DNA from: an uncultured bacterium
GTDB taxonomy: Bacteria; Zixibacteria; MSB-5A5; UBA10806
DNA length: 64,000 bases
Direction of reading: 5' to 3'
Assembly (NCBI GenBank): GCA_965541585.1
Contig: CBEUCH010000004.1
Span: 1 to 64,000 of the forward strand
Part shown: in pieces, positions 39,500 to 48,463 of the stretch
How positions within the stretch are numbered: the first letter of the stretch is position 1
Layout: every line of letters starts with the position of its first letter
Program-made: the position numbers and the translations under genes
Notes under the pieces: generated by a model
The model's input: the letters and a program-made list of their open reading frames with translations, nothing else
Told to the model about the DNA's origin: nothing
The model's database searches: none

Positions 39500-40782
39500 T
39501 AAATTGAGAAATTAAACTGAATCGTTAGTCTATCATCGTCCTCGCGAGCCTCGTCAAGGGGCTTCCGGTATTCCAGAGAACATTTTACATTTGCCCGGAT
39601 CATAACGATCACAGCCGGCACCAACGTAGTCTGCGGATCGGGATCATCAAGATCGGTGTCTCTGTCGACAAACTCATAACGCGCCTGCCCTATTAACCAC
39701 GGGAAGACTACATAATTGAGCTCGCCGAACCAGGCCAGCGACGTTCTTTCCACAGCGTCATAGTCGGATTTCATTTGCATGAAAAGACCTACGACATTGA
39801 ATTTATCATACCAGAAATCGATATCTCCGCCAAAAACGGTGAAATCATCTTCCAGCGTATCTTTAACGGCGCTGCCTGAGTAAGCGAATCCTCCTAAACG
39901 TACAGAATTGTCTATGTAAAAGGCTGACTCCGAACTCTCCTGCCCTTCGGTTCCGCCTATTTCGCCGAGGCCGCCTATCTTATAGGTGCCCCTGGCGTAA
40001 AAATCTTTTGATGTATTCAGATCGAAATTATCCTCATCATTCTGGCCGTTACCTATACCGACGGCATAAGTGAAGCCGCCCTGACCACCAGATCCGTTAC
40101 CGGCGCCCCATAACTCCAGGCCACCGCCGGCGCCACTCCGCATCCTCCAGGTTCCGGATTGATTTCTGAGATCCTCAATTGCGTAATGTTCTCTGGTTAA
40201 TCTGTGATGTTCGGGACTGACAGTAAGCCCCACCGAACCGGCTTTAAGATGAATCCTTGGGCTGAAATCATATTGCAGGGCGAATTCGTAGGCCAACTCA
40301 GTCTCATGTTCTAATTCAACCTCTCCGAAATAGGAGATTTTGTCTCCAATAGTACCTGCAAACAAAAGTTCGAATTCGTGGGGTATTTCAAATGTCATTC
40401 CCTTATCCTCTTCAACCTCGCCTGTGGTTGTAGGATCATCCCATTTTCCCCCGTAATGGATACGTCCGAACGCGTGAACTGATAAGGGAGAAGTGCCGGC
40501 GATATCTGCGGGCCAAATGGCGTCCGGCCAGACCTTCTTATAGCTTTCAGAGCCAAGGCTTACGGGTTCTTCTTTCGTAAAGTTCTCGTCGCCCCCTGGA
40601 TACCTGAATCCGTTGTTCGCGAACGCCTTCCCAAATCCGTTTAGTTTCGGATAGGCATAGTGGCAGGTGCTGCAACTGGTCTTGTACTTTCTGGCAAATG
40701 TCGGGATTGCCTTTGTAGTCCCCGCCAGTAAAGCCGCCAGGAACAAGCAAGCCAGAACTGCTCCACAGTAGACTTTTTTCAT
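39499..40782 (-). CDS. Cyc2-like monoheme cytochrome c - porin fusion (copy 1)
   Basis: AIPTFARKYKTSCSTCHYAYPKLNGFGKAFANNGF, then a beta-barrel ending QFNFSI; AAGGAGG RBS. Confidence 0.82.
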   Translation of the reverse strand: MKKVYCGAVLACLFLAALLAGTTKAIPTFARKYKTSCSTCHYAYPKLNGFGKAFANNGFRYPGGDENFTKEEPVSLGSESYKKVWPDAIWPADIAGTSPLSVHAFGRIHYGGKWDDPTTTGEVEEDKGMTFEIPHEFELLFAGTIGDKISYFGEVELEHETELAYEFALQYDFSPRIHLKAGSVGLTVSPEHHRLTREHYAIEDLRNQSGTWRMRSGAGGGLELWGAGNGSGGQGGFTYAVGIGNGQNDEDNFDLNTSKDFYARGTYKIGGLGEIGGTEGQESSESAFYIDNSVRLGGFAYSGSAVKDTLEDDFTVFGGDIDFWYDKFNVVGLFMQMKSDYDAVERTSLAWFGELNYVVFPWLIGQARYEFVDRDTDLDDPDPQTTLVPAVIVMIRANVKCSLEYRKPLDEAREDDDRLTIQFNFSI

Positions 40783-40827
40783 TGTACCTCCTTAAACGTT
40801 TAATGCTAAAACACTTCCGATTGGTTA

Positions 40828-40843
40828 AGCAACAAACATGCCA
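40828..40843 (-). promoter_or_regulatory. Sigma54 (-24/-12) promoter
   Basis: TGGCATGTTTGTTGCT matches TGGCAC-N5-TTGC(A/T), 45 nt upstream of the cyc2-like ATG. Confidence 0.85.
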
Positions 40844-40913
40844 TTTACAGCGCCTGATAACTGCTTGGATAATCGGCAGTTATGGGACGGGGAAAATACC
40901 CGGCTTGTTGAAT

Positions 40914-41013
40914 TGTAACATATCATTACATTCACAATGGTGGTAGTCGTTTTAAGGCATTAGGATTCAAAAGGATAGAAATTATTTCAAGTAATTTGTA
41001 ATGAATCGTTACA
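40914..41013. promoter_or_regulatory. Two upstream activator palindromes TGTAA-N7-TTACA
   Basis: TGTAAcatatcaTTACA (40914-40930) and TGTAAtgaatcgTTACA (40997-41013), upstream of the sigma54 promoter. Confidence 0.7.
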
Positions 41014-41014
41014 G

Positions 41015-42379
41015 TTACAGATCTTTGATATCGTATTGGTCGATCTTCTTATAAAGCCGCGGGCGAGAAATTCCTAATATCTCTGCCGCCTTAGATTTAT
41101 TGCCGTTGGATTCTTTGAGAGCCTTGATTATCAGATCTTTTTCAGCTTCTGAGAATGAGGGCACCGATGTCGCTTGTTTTCCACCATGATCAGGTGCGCT
41201 GGTTATGTTTGCAGGCAGGTCTTTGGAAGTGATAATCTCCGCAGCTCTCTCCGCAAACAGACGCTCGACCAGGTTTTCCAATTCTCTGATATTACCGGGC
41301 CAGCGGTATTTTGCAAGCATGTTCAGGGCATTGTCATCAAAAGCCTTAATTTTGAAATCATGGGTCTGGTTGCCTTTATCCAGGAAGTACTGCAATAAAC
41401 CGACTATTTCATCGCTTATTTTCCTCAATGGAGGGACATCGATAGGAATAACGTTCAATCTATGATAGAGATCCTCTCTCAGCAACTTCCGGGAAAGCGC
41501 ATTTTGCAGATCAGTATTAGTGGCCGCAATAAACCGAACGTCAATCTTTAATTCTTCGACAGAGCCGACGGGCCTTATGGATCTTTCCTGGATTGAGCGC
41601 AGAAGCTTGGCCTGCGTACCGGGTTGCATCTCCACCAGCTCATCCAGAAACAGTGTTCCGCCGTCGGCGGACATCATTAAGCCCTCATGATCCTGGCCGG
41701 CGCCGGTGAATGCGCCTTTCCTGTAGCCGAACAATTCACTTTCTATCAATTCGCGGGACAGGGCGCTGCAGTTTATGGCAACAAACGGCCCTGAAGTCCT
41801 ACGGCTGTTTTTATGTATAGCCGTGGCGAAGAGTTCTTTGCCGGTGCCGCTTTCCCCGGAGATAAATACAGAACAATCACATCGGGCCGCCGATGTGATT
41901 CTGTCATAAACCTTCATCATAAGGGCATTGCTGAATACATACCCATCCAACTGAAGATCATGAGTTACTATTTTTTTTAACTGTTGAACCTCATTCTGGA
42001 GTTTCCAGATCTTATAGACCTGTTGAATTGAATTGAGCAATTCACTTTTATTGAAAGGTTTGGTGATATAATCGGTGGCGTTATCCTTGATTGCCTTTAC
42101 GGCCGATTCAATTGAGCCGTAGCCGGTCATTATGATGACCTCGATCGCAGGGTTAATCGCTTTGACCTCCTGCAATAATTGCGTACCGTCCTTGCCGGGC
42201 ATTTTCAGGTCGGCAACAACCAGGTTAATGTCATTTTTGGAGCTTATTGTTTCAAGGGCTTCGTCTGCAGATCCCAGAGCCTTAACGTGATAACCCCGGC
42301 CGGCAATTACCCTGGCACAGGTTTCGGCATAATCGATATCATCATCGACCACCAGTATTTTGAAATCACTTTCACTCAT
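41015..42379 (-). CDS. Sigma54-dependent response regulator
   Basis: VVDDD/DLKMP receiver, GESGTGKE, GAFTGA, WPGNIREL, Fis HTH. Confidence 0.95.
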   Translation of the reverse strand: MSESDFKILVVDDDIDYAETCARVIAGRGYHVKALGSADEALETISSKNDINLVVADLKMPGKDGTQLLQEVKAINPAIEVIIMTGYGSIESAVKAIKDNATDYITKPFNKSELLNSIQQVYKIWKLQNEVQQLKKIVTHDLQLDGYVFSNALMMKVYDRITSAARCDCSVFISGESGTGKELFATAIHKNSRRTSGPFVAINCSALSRELIESELFGYRKGAFTGAGQDHEGLMMSADGGTLFLDELVEMQPGTQAKLLRSIQERSIRPVGSVEELKIDVRFIAATNTDLQNALSRKLLREDLYHRLNVIPIDVPPLRKISDEIVGLLQYFLDKGNQTHDFKIKAFDDNALNMLAKYRWPGNIRELENLVERLFAERAAEIITSKDLPANITSAPDHGGKQATSVPSFSEAEKDLIIKALKESNGNKSKAAEILGISRPRLYKKIDQYDIKDL

Positions 42380-43527
42380 CAGGCCACCGGAAAGTATAGC
42401 TTAAATGATGCCCCTTCTCCCATATTGCTTTCTACTTCGATCCTGCCATCATGTTCAAGGATAATTTTCTTGCATAGAGCCAGCCCCAAGCCGGTACCTT
42501 CCGGCCCCGCCTTTGTAGTAAAAAATGGATCAAAAACTTTATCAATATGATCAGCCGGAATTCCCGGACCATTATCCGTAAATGTGACGGCAACCTGGTT
42601 CAACAAAAGATCTTTGCCAATTTGAATATCTATTTTACCATTTTTACCTATTACATGGATTGAATTCGAAAAAAGATTGAAGAACAGTTGCTCAATCTGA
42701 TTTTCATTACAGAAAATCTCCGTATCCTTTGTTTTTATATCAATGTTCAATGCAACGTTGTACTTTTTCAATTCGATTTCGACAAGACTTTTAACTTTAT
42801 TTATAATTGATTCGATATTTTGTTTTTTCCTGACAGGTTCCTCTTTCTTTACATAGGCGAGCAATTGCTTTACAACATTCGAGCAATGCTCTGCCTGGCG
42901 TTTGATCATGTCGACCTCTCCGGTCATAGACTGCGGGATATCTGTATCATTCAAAATATCGGCAGAAAGAATGATGGAGCCAAGCGGGGTGTTCAGCTCA
43001 TGGGCTATCCCGGCGGCGATCTGGCCGATATTTGTCAGCCTTTCGATTCGTCCCGGATCAGCCCTTAAATGGCTTTGCTCTCGTGTTTGTCTAAAAATAT
43101 TTATCAGGCCGATAACCTCGTTTCTGTTGGCAATAATCGGAATGACCGTTAACGCCATCTCGCGGCTATCCTCACCGGCAACAACTTTCGTTTCGAAATC
43201 AAAAACAGGCTTTTTCTCACGGGTGACATATTTTAATATGCTTTTATAGTCGTATCTGCATTGTTCAGCTATAGCATTTTCAAATGACGTTATCGGTTTT
43301 TTTGTACTGTTTGATTTAAACGATTTTTCAAACAAATCAGACGTTGATTCTATGGTCCCGGCGGGATCCGTTATCGCTGCCAATGCATCATAATGTTTAA
43401 GAATATGCTCCGTTTTCAGCTTTTCTTTTATATACTCCGATTGGCGACGGCGCGAATATTGCAGGAAAAGAAATATTGCAATAGACATGGCCAGAATCAG
43501 AAAGATGATTATTGGATAAACGTTCAT
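42379..43527 (-). CDS. Sensor histidine kinase (TM - PAS-like - HisKA - HATPase)
   Basis: AHELNTP, NLFSN, DNGPG, PFFTTK, GTGLGL; 1-nt overlap with the regulator. Confidence 0.93.
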   Translation of the reverse strand: MNVYPIIIFLILAMSIAIFLFLQYSRRRQSEYIKEKLKTEHILKHYDALAAITDPAGTIESTSDLFEKSFKSNSTKKPITSFENAIAEQCRYDYKSILKYVTREKKPVFDFETKVVAGEDSREMALTVIPIIANRNEVIGLINIFRQTREQSHLRADPGRIERLTNIGQIAAGIAHELNTPLGSIILSADILNDTDIPQSMTGEVDMIKRQAEHCSNVVKQLLAYVKKEEPVRKKQNIESIINKVKSLVEIELKKYNVALNIDIKTKDTEIFCNENQIEQLFFNLFSNSIHVIGKNGKIDIQIGKDLLLNQVAVTFTDNGPGIPADHIDKVFDPFFTTKAGPEGTGLGLALCKKIILEHDGRIEVESNMGEGASFKLYFPVA

Positions 43528-43773
43528 CCTGCCTATTTCTCCCTTAATCCGCTAGAAACTCAATAAAATCAAATGAAATAGTGTACCTCCGGCGCCGAGA
43601 TCATCACGTAATCAACGCTGCAGGCGGCCTGGATTGGCTCATAAAACCAATCGTGCCGGAGATACCTGCAACTGAAAGCAATCCACAGCATTTTGTAATG
43701 TTAATGATAAAGTCCCGGCATCACTTAAACAAATGTTTTTTAGGCTAATCCGGTCTGGCGAAAATGTCATCGA

Positions 43774-44082
43774 ATGTCTTCGAAAAACCGCCTGATCAAC
43801 AAGCAACGGATGGCCAGCTTCCGGGCAGTCGAAACCGGCTTCTCATTGATTCGTGCAACCCGTAAAGGACTATCAGCTACATTTCACTATCATGGACATA
43901 TTCTATCTACCCCTGACTTTTCCACCACTGACGGAGAATCTATGCTATCTTACGTCTCAACTCACGGCATTAGAACAGTCTACCCCGTGATTGGTGATCT
44001 TTTTGCCTGGCTATGTGCAATGGGAGTTGCAGTACTCATAGGATGGGTATTCTTTGCTCGGTCGCTGCGCCCAGATTATTGA
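43774..44082 (+). pseudogene. C-terminal fragment of an Lnt/CN-hydrolase-like gene
   Basis: MASFRAVETGFSLIRAT..GLS..RTVYPVIGDLFAWLC resembles the apolipoprotein N-acyltransferase C-terminus; catalytic N-terminal part absent. Confidence 0.6.
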
Positions 44083-44335
44083 GGAACGCAAACCAGATGA
44101 ACCTGAATATCAGGAGAAAGTCCATCTCTTACTTCAAACGCCTTTTTGGCACGGTAGGTTCTGACGGACTACAATCATGGCCTATTTAATATTTTACAAT
44201 GGCAGCGAATTGATTCTAAATAGATTCTAGGGGAACCAGAAGAATTTTAATATTTTGATTTCTGCGGGGAAATAATTTCCAGCCTCCATTACACAAATAA
44301 ATGTACACGAAACCGACTCCATCTCTGGACAATAC

Positions 44336-44707
44336 TTACGAGTAACAGCCTTGCTTTATTTTACTTTTCAGAATGTCTTGTCTAGATACTATACCGATAA
44401 CTGCGTTATCCCGAGTAACTACTATACGTTTAATAGAGTAATCTAACAATAAGGCTGAAATTTGATCTACCGACGTATCTTCACTAACAGTTATCACCTC
44501 TTTGGTCATAATCTCAGTTACCGAAGCGATCAATTCGTTTTTTAGTAATAGATCGCGCTCCGTTACTATACCCACTAACTTACCTTCTTCGTTTATTATC
44601 GGAGTTCCACTAATTTGATGTTCAGTCATTATCTTGGCAACATCCGATATACCCGCATCTGCTTTAGCAGTTATAACATTCGTATTCATAATATCCTTTG
44701 CAAGCAT
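44336..44707 (-). CDS. Tandem CBS-domain protein
   Basis: AKDIMNTNVIT..LVGIVTERDLL..EIMTKEVIT..IGIVSRQDIL; GGAGG RBS. Confidence 0.9.
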   Translation of the reverse strand: MLAKDIMNTNVITAKADAGISDVAKIMTEHQISGTPIINEEGKLVGIVTERDLLLKNELIASVTEIMTKEVITVSEDTSVDQISALLLDYSIKRIVVTRDNAVIGIVSRQDILKSKIKQGCYS

Positions 44708-44746
44708 TTGTCCCTCCTTTTTGTGAGTCATTATTTAATATTTTAT

Positions 44747-45244
44747 TTATACCATTATATCAGCACCTTTCCAGTCAGATTGAAGAATTTTGCTATCATT
44801 CGCAGGATCTATCTTGACAATTAGTTTATTATCTCGTGTAATTACATAAATCCAAAAACCTACAACGAAAGGCAATTCTCCTATCTCCTCTTTAATCTCT
44901 TTAAGTCTGAATTTTGGAACAATAACCTCAACATGAGAATAGTCAAGGTTCGCTATATTATTTTTAATCTCCTTTACATGCATCGATGTATATACTACTT
45001 CATAAACAGCAGCTGCCTCACGCTGTCCAATATCCCCTACGACAATATCCGGTATCTTCTGACCAGGTTCAACCTTCCAGGCACCTTTCTCCCAATTTTT
45101 GTGGTAAGCAAAGATATAAGCTGGCTCAAATTCTTCTAGTAACATCTTGGTCATAATAAGAACCACGAAATCATGAATTATTATATGATATGGATCAATC
45201 CGATCAGCACTTATTTTCTTCCGCATGATATTAATATCAATCAT
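44747..45244 (-). CDS. Hypothetical protein (AT-rich)
   Basis: 165-aa ORF with AAGGAG RBS; IPDIVV..VYEV weakly PD-(D/E)xK-like. Confidence 0.55.
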   Translation of the reverse strand: MIDINIMRKKISADRIDPYHIIIHDFVVLIMTKMLLEEFEPAYIFAYHKNWEKGAWKVEPGQKIPDIVVGDIGQREAAAVYEVVYTSMHVKEIKNNIANLDYSHVEVIVPKFRLKEIKEEIGELPFVVGFWIYVITRDNKLIVKIDPANDSKILQSDWKGADIMV

Positions 45245-45379
45245 ATTTTAAACAACTCTCCTTTTATCTATTTTATCTGTCTTTTATTTCAAATCCGCCT
45301 GATCACTGTAAAGAAATATTAATGTCATTCTATTATGATATCGTCATCCTAAAGATGAAATTCAGCGTTTTATTTATCA

Positions 45380-45453
45380 TGTCCTGCCCCCGTTTATTGT
45401 ATGACGTTGTAAGTTAGTCCTGCCACAGCGAAAGTAAAGCTTGTTTGAGGTTG
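45380..45453 (+). repeat. Dispersed repeat type B, copy 4 (truncated)
   Basis: TGTCCTGCCCCC..AAGTTAGTCCTGCCACAGCGAAAGTAAAGCTTGTTTGAGGTTG. Confidence 0.85.
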
Positions 45454-45503
45454 TTGAACTTCCAATCTCTAACCCAAAAATGGAGGGTTTTACGGGAGGC
45501 AGA

Positions 45504-46754
45504 TCAAGACTGCAGGTGATGAAGGCGCATCGGTTGGAATCTTCCATAAGTCAACGAGCGCCAGAGCCACTCGAAGGGTCCGAACCGGAAATAGCTCAGC
45601 CATATCGGTGATACGATCAGCTGAATTATCCATATGCCGAAGACAAGCAAGATCTGGCCGTAACGGGGTATTTCACCGAAGAGACCAAAGCCATGCCCGT
45701 TGAAAATAGTAGTGCAGATTAATGTCTGAAGAAGATAATTGGTCAGGGCCATTCGTCCCACCGCCGAAAGAGGTTTGATTATATTCTTGAAACGGGCGGT
45801 TTTACAAATTAACATTATCACTCCGATGTAGGCCATACCGATAAACAGCGATCCCCAATAGTTGAATTGTATGCCGTAGAAGAAGGAAAAGTAAATCGAC
45901 CAATCCGCCCGGAAATTACGTACGATGCCATAGCTAACAACAGGCAAGCCAACGACGAGCCCAAAAGCTGCCATGGACGCGTAAAACTTTCTTGAGCGTT
46001 CTCCGGTGAGCACTCCAAACTTGTAGAGTGCCATACCGATTAACATCAGTCCCCCGGCACGCCATCCCCCCCAAATAGCAAAGACGAATGTTTGCATGAA
46101 TATAGCGCTGGAAGCGCGATGCCCTAACTGGCCCACCCACCCGGCTTGCTGGGCTCCGATTTCAATTTGAATCATCTCGGATGTAGGTTTCCAGAACTCC
46201 ATCATGCCGTTGATGGCTTCAGGCGGCCAGAATTTCATGGACCAGCCAAAGAAAAGATAAATAGCGGTGGAGACTGAGATCGAAAGCAGGCCGAATATGA
46301 GAAGCCTCCCGGGTCTGACATTGCGTAACAGATAGACAACAAGCCCGCAGCAACCGTAAGCAACGAGGATATCCCCGGACCATAACAGGTAAGCGTGCGC
46401 CAGTCCGATAAGAATCAATATTATTATTCGACGATAGTATATTCTTGTTACGCTGCCACCACTGGCTTCTATGCGCGAGACTATCATGATCACACCGCCG
46501 CCAAAGAGAATGGAAAAGATGGTCATGAATTTCTGATCGGCGAAGATATGGCTCAAAATCCACACCCAGCCGTTGATCCCGGTTAAGTCACCATATGTTG
46601 TGGGGTTGAAATAAGCGGCCTGAATCATCGAGAAATACTGGATGTTCATTATCAGTATGCCAAGCATTGCAAAACCGCGCAGGGCATCTACGGCGATGAT
46701 GCGCTCGGGCGGGGCAATTGGAATTGCATCAGTGGGACGTTCGGTTTGAGTCAT
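45504..46754 (-). CDS. DUF418 (YeiB-like) membrane protein
   Basis: DALRGFAMLGILIMNI, KFMTIFSILFG, GRMALTNYLLQT, GPFEWLWRSLTY. Confidence 0.93.
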   Translation of the reverse strand: MTQTERPTDAIPIAPPERIIAVDALRGFAMLGILIMNIQYFSMIQAAYFNPTTYGDLTGINGWVWILSHIFADQKFMTIFSILFGGGVIMIVSRIEASGGSVTRIYYRRIIILILIGLAHAYLLWSGDILVAYGCCGLVVYLLRNVRPGRLLIFGLLSISVSTAIYLFFGWSMKFWPPEAINGMMEFWKPTSEMIQIEIGAQQAGWVGQLGHRASSAIFMQTFVFAIWGGWRAGGLMLIGMALYKFGVLTGERSRKFYASMAAFGLVVGLPVVSYGIVRNFRADWSIYFSFFYGIQFNYWGSLFIGMAYIGVIMLICKTARFKNIIKPLSAVGRMALTNYLLQTLICTTIFNGHGFGLFGEIPRYGQILLVFGIWIIQLIVSPIWLSYFRFGPFEWLWRSLTYGRFQPMRLHHLQS

Positions 46755-46939
46755 AATCCGCGGGATGATACTCCAAAGAACGGTATCGTGAATGATTTAG
46801 TGTTCCTCAATTTGCTCATCTTATTTCCGCAAAGTGCAACTTAGATTATATTATGGACTTCCGACGACCGTCAAGCCGGGTTTTCTCAACGGCTGGCGAG
46901 TTTGTCTCTAATGGCCTGGCCGTCCTGTGTCATTTAACA

Positions 46940-47016
46940 GTCCTGGCCTATAGTACCTCATTTAGGGTAGTCCTGCCATAGCTAAAATCAAGTTTGTTTG
47001 TAGCTGCATGGCTTCA
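46940..47016 (+). repeat. Dispersed repeat type B, copy 5 (degenerate)
   Basis: GTCCTG..TAGTCCTGCCATAGCTAAAATCAAGTTTGTTTG. Confidence 0.7.
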
Positions 47017-47097
47017 TGCGCAGGGCAAATTCAAAACGATAAGGGTTAAAGAGAATATGGATATCTGTGGCAGAACATTTAAACGGTTTTCAGAGAT

Positions 47098-48270
47098 TCA
47101 GCGGGTATACAGGGAATTATCAGAAACTTCTGCTGCCTGCTTTTTCCTAGGCACCTTAAGCGAAAAAATCATATCAATAAACACTATAACCGCTCCGGCC
47201 ATAAAAGTGGCCTTATAGCCAAAGATGCTCCAGGCTATTCCCCCTGTGACAGGAATGATTACGGCAGTAATATGATTCGCCGACATACCAAAAGATAAAC
47301 AGTTCGTAAGATCCTCGGCCGGGCACATTTTGCTGAGAAACGATTTCAATGCGATGGATGATCCGAATAAAACATTATCAATAACATAGAACGCTATTAA
47401 TACCGGCAGATAATTTATCAATGCGTAACCGGAAAAGATAAAAACCAATAAGAAAGAACATCCTGCCAATAATGCGCGCTCCCCCAGACGGTCGCTCATC
47501 TGACCCATAAACCGGTTGGTGAAAATTGTAATGAGGTTACTGACCAGCATAATGATCGATATATATGTTATGCTCAGATTGTGGTTTTTCACGAGGAGGA
47601 AGATCGCAAATGTGGTGAAGATATGCCGACGGCAGCCCCTGAGAAAAGCCAGAGTATAGTAGAGCCAGTATTTTTTATAAATCCTTATCTTGCGCTTTTC
47701 CGATCTTCCTCTGTTAGCCGGCAGGGCTACGGTCAAATATAATCCTATCCCCAGAACCGATGCCCCTATCAAATAAAAGGTTTCCCTGAAGCTCAGGAAT
47801 AATGTCAAAAACAACACCAGACCTGCGCCCGTCAACCCCGCCATTGATTCATACGATCTCAGTCTTCCCTGAGCTTTTCCTAATTCCTTTGAATCTGTAA
47901 GAAGCAATAACTGCGATGAATTGGTAGGTTCAAAGTAATGAAAGCCAAATGACATCAATACTGTCGCCAGGCCAAGAGCTATTATTGATGGCGCCAAACC
48001 GCAGAGAACCAGCCCCGATCCGATTATAACAATCGAAACGGACGCTATTTTCGATTCTGTAAGATAAAGCGCCAGTGCCCCAACACCGAAGGCCAATAAC
48101 CCTGGGATCTCCCTTACAGCTTGAATCAGACCGACATCTGTCGGAGAAGCATCAAAAACCTCCACTGCAAAATTATTAAACATTATTCGCCACGTATAAA
48201 AACCGATCCACATAATAACTGATGAAAAGGTTATGGTGTAGACTGAGACTTTCTTAAATCGCAAAGACAT
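47098..48270 (-). CDS. MFS transporter
   Basis: About 12 TM; REIPGLLAF, GCRRHIF, GQMSDRLGER motifs. Confidence 0.88.
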   Translation of the reverse strand: MSLRFKKVSVYTITFSSVIMWIGFYTWRIMFNNFAVEVFDASPTDVGLIQAVREIPGLLAFGVGALALYLTESKIASVSIVIIGSGLVLCGLAPSIIALGLATVLMSFGFHYFEPTNSSQLLLLTDSKELGKAQGRLRSYESMAGLTGAGLVLFLTLFLSFRETFYLIGASVLGIGLYLTVALPANRGRSEKRKIRIYKKYWLYYTLAFLRGCRRHIFTTFAIFLLVKNHNLSITYISIIMLVSNLITIFTNRFMGQMSDRLGERALLAGCSFLLVFIFSGYALINYLPVLIAFYVIDNVLFGSSIALKSFLSKMCPAEDLTNCLSFGMSANHITAVIIPVTGGIAWSIFGYKATFMAGAVIVFIDMIFSLKVPRKKQAAEVSDNSLYTR

Positions 48271-48463
48271 GCTCCAACTGTTGTACCACAATTTAGGTTA
48301 GTATGGCAATCTTAAGGTCAAGTTTGTTTGGATTTGGAGGACTTCAGGCAGAAGGCAGTATCCTCGTTAGCTGTGTAGCCGCGTCAACAATACGTCAACA
48401 ACGAGTGGTATATCTGTGGCGTTTTCTCGTATTCCCTGGTGTCGAATAGTGTAGTTCGGATTC
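48270..48463 (+). repeat. Dispersed repeat type B, copy 6
   Basis: GTTGTACCACAATTTAGGTTAGT..GTCAAGTTTGTTTG..GCCGCGTCAACAATACGTCAACAACGAGTGGTATATCTGTGG..GGTGTCGAATAGTGTAGTTCGGATTC; colinear with copy 2. Confidence 0.85.

Noticed and set aside
7937..48463. Repeats as a CRISPR array or integron attC sites
   Set aside because: Spacing is kilobases and irregular. There are no cas or intI genes and no RYYYAAC..GTTRRRY palindromic attC structure. TG..CA inverted ends fit IS3-like termini better.
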